Assembly: GCF_000150275.1 (NCBI RefSeq)
Contig: NW_002060946.1
Span: forward strand, 1,574,202-1,638,201
Direction of reading: 5' to 3'
Source: Trichoplax adhaerens
Lineage: Eukaryota > Animalia > Placozoa
DNA length: 64,000 nucleotides
The stretch's first letter is position 1. Each line of letters begins with the position of its first letter. Below, one piece after another: positions 1-11,111 of the stretch. The translations under genes were made by a program, and so were the position numbers. Below the pieces are notes generated by a model. The model searched no databases, was not told where the DNA came from, and saw only the letters and a list, made by a program, of their open reading frames with translations.

Positions 1-260
1 ATGCATAACTGATACCCAATAAGTATAAATAATTTAGCGATAGAATTTCATGCTTTAAGTCTTATGCATATACAGCTATTCTGAATCACTAAGTACATAT
101 GGTAATAATAATTTAATTTTGAGAGATTCTACCTGATAGTACCGTAATCCTGAAATAGCAAAAATTGTAGCTGGATGGATCATGTCAATATAACATGTTC
201 AATAGGCTATCATTCGTAATATGTAGTATTGTAACATAGCATACAGCACATGACACTTAC

Positions 261-985
261 TTTCCACGAGAGTCCATATAGCCATTGATACATTTGACCA
301 TAAAGGCTACACTGATTGGGATGCTGATAATAATTGTCAGCATCTGCATATAGGGAACATACCAATCAATTGGCTCGCGCACCAGGCATTTATTAATATC
401 AACCACAAATTCTATATCATCTTCATTGCAGCATGAATAGATGACAGTAGTAGGATTAGCACCAATTTCTGCAGAATAATTCCTTCTGCAGATAGTACCA
501 CAAATTGACTTCGGAGGGCATAGACTTGGCAATCGAATAAATTTGGTTAAAGCAGTAAATATCAAATGGCGTCTACATTGTAATGGCAGCGCATTATAGC
601 AGCCTGGTTTTGTCTCGTTGAGGTTGATGGTGAAATTTTGCGTAAATACCGAGGGTAGACCTAATGTTGAACTCATATAGTTGCTTGATAAGGAGAAAAT
701 AGACTTGCCATCCCCTTTTCGAACCCATGCATAGATGATATTTTTCGATTTATTGTAAAGATTTTCGCGCCCGTTATATAAATCAAAGTAGATTACTCGT
801 GATGCCTTATGGGCAATGACTCGAATAAATTTTCGGTATGTTCTGAGCTCATTTGCGACTTTTAGTTGGCACTCACTGAAGCATTTGGTAATGTTGACGT
901 CGGTCGATGAAACTTGATGAACGATTGAAATCATCCAAATTAGACTTATCCACTTGGCAACGAAAGTGCCAGATACCAGAGCCAT
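261..985 (-). CDS. Orphan membrane-protein family copy A, coding exon 1 (signal peptide, Cys-rich ectodomain, TM helix); exon 2 lies beyond the left edge of the window
   Basis: 242-aa ORF homologous to the ORFs at 17.6, 24.1 and 29.9 kb (CQL.V.NE, RV..F.LY, YAWVRK..G, CGTICRR, YSCC, hydrophobic C-terminus). Ends in a phase-2 donor AA|GTAAGT at 261/260. Confidence 0.85.
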
Positions 986-3900
986 AGTAGGTAAAGTTTA
1001 TAATAATCGTTTCGTGAGGGAAAGTATAGTTGCCAAAGATGGACTTTTTAACTGCGTAAAAAAGTATCTACGGTGTATTTTATTGACCACAGTCACAAAA
1101 TTTCTCTATTCTTTAATCCGCGATTTCCTATCACTAATTAATGATTCCTAGTGAATCATTACTCTTAAATATTACGTTACCATATCAGAATTAGATATTA
1201 GGTAATTAAGATGTCTGTCCTAGGTACGTTAGTTACGGCAGTAATCAAGTTGTGATATTTTGTCATTCAAATCATTCCTTTGGCTAATAAAATGAGCCAA
1301 AGGCTCCTTTTTAATTTTTAGCGCTGATAATGGTTCATATCTAGCTGGCTAGTTACCCTATAAATTATAAGTAAATCCATAACGAAATATTTATGTCCGT
1401 TCTATCGAGGCAAATACAGTTCAAGAAACTATAATTATTCTCGCACAATTTACAGAGTAACAGTGAATCATCATTTTTATGATGATATAGTAGGAGAAAG
1501 CGGCAAGTTTCAAATACGGATTCTATCTCCGGAACAGATGATAGCATTATAAGATCAGCATTCATATTCTAAATAACCGGTTTTACTGTTACTTATCTGT
1601 GTTTTTAATTGCTTCTTGGTAGATTACCGTACAGTATGTTGTTGTTTGCTCAAATTTTGCTTTGGAAAGATTGGATTTATTAGGGACGTGCGATTATAGT
1701 TATAATATATTCTGATTAAGTTGCTGTAAATAAGATAATAAACTACCGCTGATTCCCGTGTAAACAACAATAAAGTCTCATCCCATATAAAATTTTATTT
1801 TGATTGTGCTTGCAGACTATATGGCAACTTTATAATTTAGAAATTTGTTCTACAACTCAATAGAATTTTATCCTTTTTCAAAATAAGATTCTGTCTTGAA
1901 ACAACGGAATGCTACATGAAAAACATATTTTCAGAGTTACTAACTTTGCTTTCTAGACTTGATATTTTTCCCCCAGTTATAGACTGAAAAATTTAGGCGC
2001 AAAGCAGAGAAAATTAATTTATTATTACTCTTGATAACTTGGCAATTTGACAAATTGAGTTCTTCTGATAAAAAATTATTTTATAATTGATTGAAGGCAT
2101 ATTTCTACAATAACTATTATAACTATTGCCAGCCCTTTAGCAGGGTATTGTTAATTCTTGATTAATACACAGTAGAGATTTATTCTCGATAATTAAGGTA
2201 GCGGAAAATTGAATCCCAATTAGGATTCATAACTAGATCATCTCGTATGTTGGTATAGACAATTGCAATATTCTCTTCACCAGTACGAATAGGCTAGTAT
2301 TTTTTTGACGCTATATCTTATGATCTTATGATTGATAGCATAAAATTTGTCAATCAGGATATTTATTATCTGACAGACATATTATTATTTTTTAATTATC
2401 TATGGTCATTCTCTATGGTTCATTAGGTGCAGATATCAAGCCTACTATCATCATGAAAATAAGAGTTTAGTGGTAAAAATATTCCTTCAAATCGGACGTG
2501 CCGTACATGTCTGTCTTGTACACCAAGTACTCTAATGTTAATTATCTGGGCCGCTAGTATGTCATAATGCGTAGCTTTTTATATTATCGAGTAAGATATT
2601 TTATCTCCTCTAGGCCTAGCACTGCTCGATATTGTTCTGCATTTCCAGAAAGTTAATTATTATCAATTACCTTTAAGTTGGCTTTCAGTTATTAATAAAT
2701 CACCAGGTGGGAGATTTAAGATTGATTATAATCATGTATTCTATATTTTCGTAGAACTATTTAAACAAATTATAATTATTGATATCCCTAATGAAGGATT
2801 TTTTATCACGTTAAATCTGATAGAATCAATAGTATTCTTGTATTTAAATTTACTCTAATTGTCGCAAAACGAACATCTATCCAAACCTTACGCTATATTT
2901 ATATAAAGCAGCTACAAAATATGATGTCGACTTTCCTTAGAATTACGAAAATAAAATCTGTTCATCGTATATAATGATAGTTAACGCTGATGTAATGGCT
3001 TACACCAGTATTAATGATCAAGATTTAGATAAGGTTCTTTATGTAGTTCAATTGCCTTAAATTAGCTATTTTTCCTTGTGTATTCCTTCATTAAATAGAC
3101 AATATATAAGGCTAGTGAAGGCTAAGATAATGAACCTAGGAAGGTTAAGGAATTTTGGTTGGTTTTGGTCTTATTACTTGCTGATAACATATTCGGTTTG
3201 GGTTAATTTATGGCTCTGTTATTCGTTGGTAGCTTCTAGCTTTTCTACCTGAATAGACTGGTTAAGTTGGCAGATTTACAAGTATTATCATAAATTTCTA
3301 TAACTCAATATACATTAATTAACCTATGAATTGGCTTGGAACTAATCTAAATTTTATATAAATTAGTAAATTAAGCTTCGAATTAGCGTGTGGTATGTGT
3401 TATCATTAATTTCTATCACTCAACACGAATTTATCAATAAATAAACTAATCTAAATTTTATAGAAAATGTGTTACAATAAGCTTTGAATTAGAGAGCGAT
3501 ATCATTAATTTATTATACAAGCTTACAAAAAGCCTGGGCCAACATCAACGGGATATTTACGCGAGGAAGAAATATAGGAAGATACAAATTAAAGGGCTTT
3601 AATTTTAGATCGATGTATGATAAATAAATTTAGTCTTAGAAACAGTACAGTACTTTTTTAGGTAAGTTATCCAAATCTCACGCAATCGTTACAGAAGTAA
3701 ACATAAATTAATTTAAATATCGCATCCGCTTTTCTGAATATTAAGAAGTATAAACACGTACGTTAAAATCAAGTTTACTGAGCTGAATATCTTATGAAGT
3801 AAATCAGGCTTGATTATTTATAAATAATCATCAATTTGATTATTAAAATACCTAGAAAAATTCGTAAAACAAGCATCGAAAAGTTATTTCTGTAAGCTTC

Positions 3901-4790
3901 GCTTCTATTATATAACGAAGGAAGGAAGGATAGACACGCCGATATTTCCCATATTAGCTACTACTGTACTATTATTAAAATATCCTAACGGTAAGCAAAC
4001 ACCGTAGCAGAAGCCCACATACACTAATAATAAAAATTAAAATTAATATAAAAATGAATGCAAACATAATAAATTGCACAGGATTACTTTACCAGATAAA
4101 TAAATTTATTTTATTTTTAGCTACACCTCTGGACAAGTTTTATAAACACAAAATTATCTGAAAATAATTTGCACAAACACGAATCGAAATTTATCTGTAT
4201 GAATTTAGATATATCTGTGTAAACGAAAGTATATCTAAAAATTAAAATATTCATTGCTGGCAAGTATAGAACATGAATTTCACGAATAAAATTAGAAAGT
4301 TATGAAACAAGCAGCACCGGTTCTAGCTGTCATTTAATATATGATACTCGGCATAGTATACAGAAAGATAGCATGAAATGAACAACACAATTATATTTGC
4401 TTCGACATGCAAGTGCATCCTGAATAAATTATTCATACAACTTTTTAGCCTATTAAAAGAGATCCATAGATTTAAGCCTATGTGTATACATCTTAGTGTT
4501 TAGGTAGCAATTAATTATTCTTTAAAATTATTTCGTTGTTAAACTTCTATCTGATCTATATAAACATCGATACTATTGTAAAGCCTGCCTCTTATTTATT
4601 AATTAATGGGTAGTGTTCTATTAGAAATGGAGCTTTGTAATTATCATTGTAGTACTGTAATAAACATAACGGGTGAATACGAATGANNNNNNNNNNNNNN
4701 NNNNNNNNNNNNNNNNNNNNNNNNNNNNNNNNNNNNNNNNNNNNNNNNNNNNNNNNNNNNNNNNNNNNNNNNNNNNNNNNNNNNNNNNNN

Positions 4791-5300
4791 AACGATAGCC
4801 TCTTCTATATTGTATTAAACTTGCCATCAATACTTCAGTTGTCGTTTCTTCATCAGGTTCGTTTACTTTAAGATATCTCATAGATAATATCGTAGCGATA
4901 TAAACTATTGGTGTACTAGCAATAGTTGCATTTAACGATATAAATGACCATTTGTTCGAATCCAATAAAACTGTAAATATAAACGTAACAAGTAAACATG
5001 TAGTAATTATAATATTATATAAAATTTGCCAAAGATTCAACGATACTTCAGGAGCATAGTATCGTATATAATCGAATAGTTCTGAAGGTATTCCAATACA
5101 CTCACAATCATCGATGTTATTTATTTTGTAATAGACTCGACTTAACTTAACTCGATAGTATTCGATCTTTTCATCACTTAAGTGTTGACTAATGCATGCT
5201 AGCAATTCATTTAATCCATCATTGTATCCATGATAGTAATAGATATTATAATCGGGCGATAATGTTACTTGGACAGAATCGTCGACAGTATCATCGTGTA
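4791..5300 (-). pseudogene. 5'-truncated fragment of coding exon 2 of the orphan membrane-protein family; 3' end lost in the N gap
   Basis: Encodes VTLSPDYN...GIPSELFDYIRYYAPEVSLNLW...WSFISL...YRRGYR, matching the C-terminal third of the paralogues. Homology stops near 5300 and no upstream part was found. Confidence 0.75.
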
Positions 5301-5374
5301 GTGATGCTCCCATATTTGATTATACGGATAGCTATATTTGATATAGTCAGGTTGCTTTGGATAGATACTAGTAT

Positions 5375-5541
5375 AAACTCCCGTCGCTATGCTGAAGGAT
5401 TACGTTGTTATAATATTACGAACTCCCGTCGCTTTGCTGATGGATTACATTCTTATAATATTATACTTCTAGATTATTATTTTACAATAATACTTTAAAC
5501 GTAACTCGGCCTTGCATCGCTACGCTGATGGATTACGTTCT
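5375..5541. repeat. Three imperfect copies of a ~30-bp motif (aactcccgtcgct(a/t)tgctga(a/t)ggattac)
   Basis: Copies near 5376, 5421 and 5503-5540. Confidence 0.7.
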
Positions 5542-5616
5542 ATATACTGTACGTTAACGTTACAAAATACATTACTGTTACTATTCAGGAATTTGATTTT
5601 ACCAAATTTCATTAAT

Positions 5617-5790
5617 ATTCATTCACGTTAAAAATGATGATTTGAACAGCAAAATGCATTGCATGAAGACAATACAAGTAATGAGCTGTTTATTAACATC
5701 CATTCACGTTAAAAGTGATGATTTGAACAGTATGTATAATGCATTACATGAAGACAATAAAAGTAATGAGCCATTTACTCTCTTAACAAC
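5617..5790. repeat. ~80-bp tandem duplication
   Basis: cattcacgttaaaa.tgatgatttgaacag...catgaagacaata.aagtaatgagc occurs twice (~5620 and ~5701). Confidence 0.7.
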
Positions 5791-6298
5791 AAGAAAATTT
5801 ATATTACGATTATTATTTTCAGTCAAATTAATGCGAGCGATGTAGAAAATATCATATCTATGACAGTATTCCAGTGCCATCGTAAATAACTATAATAATC
5901 ATAATTACTATTAGACTCACGTACAGCAACATGGAGTAGTTTTAATGATATTATATCGCTGTAAATGTATATATATTATACAATTTTAAATCCAAGCAAA
6001 CGCAGAAGCACTAGATTATACCTTCAATCACTAGCAATATTGACATATGATTAGATGACGAAAAGATATTTGACTATATATAGTTTATCATAAGTATATG
6101 CATATTGCGAATACAATTACCGTATAATAATCTATTAATAATAATTGGATTCGATATTATATTGTTCCCTATGTAGTAACTTTACCAGCTTCCCGTAGCG
6201 AGACTCTTCGCTTCCATTTATAAATGTTTATTTACGCCTGCAATAATGCAACGCTGAGTAATGGAATAAAATCTATACACATTTTATCTATAGCAACT

Positions 6299-8364
6299 TT
6301 AGAATCTTAAAGGTCGAGTTGTAGCTATTCCTTCATTTTCACGAACTTCTTTAGCTATACTTGAGTAAGCGTCAAAACGGTCTAAACTTCGTTTCGTTAT
6401 TGCTTCTGCTAAATTTTGTTCAACTCTATCACAACCCTAACATGATCAATAAATTATTTTGTTATTCAAGCTCAAATAAAGTAACAACTAAAAGTTATTA
6501 CCAGTTAATATTATATGCAAACCTCTTCAATAAATGTAGACGCCAATAGTCTTTCATGATCTGCGGTCGGTAATTTACTACTGATTGCTTTACTTGCTCT
6601 AGATAAAACTGCAGCCATGGAGTAAATGTCAATTGTAGCATTAGCTATGCGGTTTAATATAAACTGCTGATCGATGATATCGCGACCATGTTTAAGTAGT
6701 AACTTTTCTATCGTAGCACCAAATTCTTCAACGCGTTGTGTAATCATCTTAGCACAATCGCTAAGTTCAGGTGCAGTTACTTCGAGTAGCGCTTGACTGT
6801 CAGCTATGCCTATAAGACGTTTCGATCGTTTAACACCTTGATCCCATAATGTACCCAAATTGGAGATTGGCTGTTGTAACGCTTTCTGTAGTTCTTTCAT
6901 ATTCTTTCCAGCATACTGAATACCATTTAAGGCAATAAATAGGCGTAAAATATCGTTGGTACCTTCAAATATACGACAAATTCGTATATCTCTCATGAAA
7001 CGTTCTACTTGATTTTCTCTCATGAATCCCATACCGGCTAATATTTGTATGCATTCGTCGCATACATTCCAAGCTGATTCAGAACCGAATATTTTACTGA
7101 TAGCAGCTTCAACTTGGAATTCTTTAATACCTCTATCCATGTTATTGCTAACAGCATAGGTGACCGATTCGACAGCGTAATGAGAGAGACCCATTTGAGC
7201 AATTTTTTCTTGTATCGATTGATATTGGATTAAATGTTGGCCAAATTGAACTCGATTATTGGCATGTTCGATTGTCTTAGCGGTGAACATCCTCATTGCA
7301 CCAGTCATGGCGGCGCCCATAGCATATCGACCTTCATTGAGTATGTGCATAGCTACTTTGAAACCCTCTCCGACTTTACCTATCACGTTCTCGACCGGTA
7401 TCTTCACATTATCGAAATAGACTGCAGCCGTATTGGATGATCTTACTCCCATCTTTTTCTCAGGAGGACCGCTAGTCACACCGCCGAAATCTCTCTCTAC
7501 TATAAAAGCTGTCACTGCTTGAGATTGTTGATCGGAATCGTCCTTCTTGAAAGGAACTTGAGCGAATACAGTCATAACATCGGCTATACCACCATTGCTA
7601 ATCCATATTTTGCTGCCATTCAATATATAATGCTTGCCATCGTCATCAAGGACAGCTTTGCTAAGAATAGAATTGGCATCCGATCCAGCTGAGGGTTCGG
7701 TTAAACAGAATGCAGCAATTTTCTCACCAGTTACTAAACTTGGCAGATACTTTTGTTTTTGTTGCTCGTTACCGAAGAGTACGATGCCTTTATAACCGAT
7801 GGCTTGATGACCGCCCAGGAATACAGAAATGGATGCATCAAAGGATCCGATGATTTCAGTTATTCGTGCATATTGTGTTCTCTTTAATTGCATCCCACCA
7901 TATTCTTGCGGAGCTAGCATACCAAGGGCACCAAGCTCTTTCAGTACTTCTATTGATTTCTTGGGCAATTTTTCATCCAGATCACATTGTGATGCATCAT
8001 GTACTTCACGAAAATATTTCTCAAAAGGATCAATCATTAATTTGACAGTATCTTTGGATTCATCATCTAATGCATCAGGGTAAGGGAATAGCTGTGGTGT
8101 ATTGACCTTGCCACAATATAGCCCTAAAGCAAATGAATCATCTCTATCACGGTTTGATGATGGCTGTTCTGATAGAAGGCGTACACGATTGATTGTCATA
8201 GCATGATGATCAATTTTAATGTTATGATAACAGTAGCGTCCAATTCTAGCAGTGGAATTCACAATAAATCGAAATTGAGACATGGCTGTCGCCATTAACC
8301 ATCGATTCTGTCTGTACTGTACTGTAATCATTCTCATCGTAAGTGCTGGAGCGGTTGTGCGCAT
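6299..8364 (-). CDS. ACADVL: Very-long-chain acyl-CoA dehydrogenase (VLCAD/ACAD9 clade), mitochondrial; exons 8364-6523 and 6436-6299
   Basis: ACAD motifs AFCLTEPSAGSD, LNGSKIWISNGG, GPPEKKMGVR, RVQFG, RIFEGTNDILRLFIAL, plus the VLCAD C-terminal extension. GAG|GTTTGC donor and TTAG|GGT acceptor (86-bp intron) add a final exon GCDRVEQNL...TTRPLRF*. Basic N-terminus is compatible with a mitochondrial presequence; the true start Met is uncertain. Confidence 0.92.
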
Positions 8365-8589
8365 ACGCCCGCCAGCAACTGTTGCCTATTTGTTTTCAAT
8401 TTGTTAGCCATGACAGCAGTCTATCGGCTTGAAAATAACATGTAGTAATGGATAATGCATACAGTATTTTTTGACCTCTTTCAGCTATAGTAAGACGATA
8501 ATAGTATGGTATCAATTAGTATGAATTAAGATACTTTAAAGCACTAGAGGAAAGTAGATGGAGCATGTGATGGCATCTGTCAATAAAGT

Positions 8590-8714
8590 TGGACTTTGAC
8601 CCGACGAGAACCAGTGCCGTGCCGTAAAGGTCAAATGCTGTTGTCATGGACGACTACTGCACGGGAATCAATCAATTGATTGATAGCTATCGTTACTGGT
8701 AAAACTTTGAACTT
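8590..8714 (-). promoter_or_regulatory. Cluster of nuclear-receptor elements upstream of ACADVL (HNF4-type DR1 GGGTCAAAGTCCA)
   Basis: 8590-8602 reads GGGTCAAAGTCCA on the minus strand. AAAGGTCA lies at 8626-8633 (+), and DR1-like AGTTCAAAGTTTT at 8701-8713 (-). Confidence 0.5.
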
Positions 8715-9093
8715 TAAATTGGATTCGTTTCGCCAATAAATAAATTGGAGAAATGAACATGTCTTCACGTAAATGAATTGTCTATCGGTAGTGAGAATAA
8801 ATTGTGGACGTTACGAGTAAATCAGTAACATGACAACGAAGCAGGAGCGAATCTTGCTTATACTAACAGCCGGCACGATACAGTAGTTCAACCAATCTAG
8901 CGCTTTTTTGCTACAGTATGCTATGCCAATATTATTTGGAGCAATCAAGGCTTCAGTTACTTCCTGTCTTAGGATTAGCTTAGGGCTAGGTAAGCTATCT
9001 CATTATAGCAAGAATTGCTTCAATACTGCGATCAAGTGGACCTAGCAATTGCGGGGGGGGGGGGGGGAATATTTCAAGTGTGTTCCAGATCTA

Positions 9094-9740
9094 CTAGTAT
9101 TTGGAAACACATTTTGCAAATTTAGACAGCTCAAAAAATTTCCAATACATCTTGTTACCAGGAACAGGTTCATTTGTTTGCACAACCATTGGTACGACAT
9201 CGATTTCAAATAAATTTTGATCTACCAGTGCTGTGTTACCCGCGAAGATGTTATTTTTGCTGATGACAATAATATATATTTGAAGTACACTTTTGTGGTA
9301 TTTTTTTTCACCTCCTTCTGTTACCTGTCCCGTCCCGAGATTAATTTACTCATGTATACTTGTTGACGGGCTAAAAAGTAATCTTTCTTTTGCTCTTGCA
9401 TTTCAATTGCTATTTTTTGTTTCCCTTTATTTGTACATAAGATATCAATATTATATCTTATACTTGATTGTCTTTTGTTACCAGAATAATGCACTGTTTG
9501 TAGTTGGCCAGAAATGATCTCGACCTGCATAATTTCTTGATCATCTTTGAATCCTAATAAGCTATTCCATAAACTAATTAACATCTTCCTTCCTACGTTC
9601 ACCAAATAATATTCGAAGGCTAAATCATCCTTTAGATCGGTAAAAACTCTCGTGTCCAAATTTTTTTGAATCAGCTCTATTCTCGCTCTTTTACGATCCA
9701 CAACCACGTAGAATTTTACACCATCAATTAGATAGCTCAT
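9094..9740 (-). pseudogene. Bacterial-type Rpn / PD-(D/E)XK nuclease-family putative transposase, frameshifted
   Basis: Motifs DLKDDLAF, LISLWNSLLG, DILCTN...IAIEMQ...FLARQQVYMSKL. A 5-bp duplication (tcccg x2, 9328-9337) shifts the frame. Removing it gives SGQVTEGGEKKYHKSVLQIYIIVISK...MYWKFFELSKF, matching the Rpn F.ELPKF motif. Confidence 0.75.
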
Positions 9741-11111
9741 AAAGTAGAAAATGAAGTGGATTCAACTTAGTTCTATAGCAGCAATTGTACAACACTGGTA
9801 TCTAGTGTGATCGTGCCACCACAAACATATTACCAGATCTGGGTATCGTTATGACGCTGTCACATCGTCAGCATAAGTTATAGATCCTGCTGTCTGACAT
9901 TTTCATATTACAAGCTTGTAATTAAATCTTGTAACAAGGTCCTGTTTTCTATCATCGCAAAATACCTAACCTTTATTATTTACAGGCTCACTGATGTAGA
10001 TTCACGGCTATTTACACACCTTTGAATTCAAAATTTTCACAACTATTGAAAGCATATTTTGCAGTCTCTATTACAGAGATTACTATTACGTTTTCTTTAC
10101 TTATACAATAATAATATTGACAAAATTTTTCAGTCAAATAACTATATAACACTATAAAGCGCATTTATTAACAGTAATTGCTGTTACATTTTCTTCAATA
10201 ATACAACGGCAATAGTTACAAATTATTTACAGTTAATAATGTTAATCAACAATTAGCTAACGTGATAGAGTGAGAAGCTATCACAATTTCAAGTCTGCGA
10301 TAAAGAAAAGTACCGCATGAATCGTATGTTCAGTCTTATTTAGAAAGGGGACCATTGCCGATATAATCATCATGTATAATTCAAATACAGATACTGCTCA
10401 TTGCCCAAAATTCCGTACTAACTTATACAGAATAACAAAAATTTCTGTGACCAACACAATTATGCACTTGCAGTAACTGCTTATTACAGTAATTCAGTTG
10501 CTAAATCGGAATACCGCCAAATAGACTATAAAGCATAATTCCACAAATTACGTCATTTATAGCGATTATTAATTATAATGAAAAACAGAGAGTGTAACAA
10601 GTTATTGTGTGTGAATGTTAATGACTGAGTCTAAACATAATTTATATGAGATCTCCTGATTTCTGCGAACTTGGAATTTAGGATACTATAGAAATATAAG
10701 ACCTGTTTATGTCAGGACAAATGTTTATGACGTTAAAGTAAATAGATAGCTGTAGTAGAAACAGAGATACTTAGGAATTCGAGAGAGATAAATAATTCGA
10801 GAAATAGCTAACAAGGAGTGCTACTTGTTCTACTATTCTTGATTGTAATTGATTACCATGAACCCTTTTTATGATGTAATCAAAACAATTTTATCCTTAA
10901 CTGGTGTTGGTGATTTATAGAAAAGGAAGATTCAACGATGGTAAATAGTAATAGAATAGTTGTTACTAGTAGTTACAATTTGGCATTCGTATAAATGTAT
11001 ATGGATTGACAATGATATAGTTTGTTTATAAGTTCAGCGAAATTAGCAAGTTTATAATCCAGGTTTGAAAGTATATCATAGGAGTTTATCCGCACGTGTG
11101 CAAGTTAATGC

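Noticed and set aside
4621-4790. C-terminal extension of the 230-aa ORF across the gap
   Set aside because: The frame through the Ns is arbitrary and the post-gap residues do not match the family tail.
7234-8083. Short plus-strand ORFs inside ACADVL, and similar antisense ORFs within other genes
   Set aside because: Antisense shadows of real coding exons.
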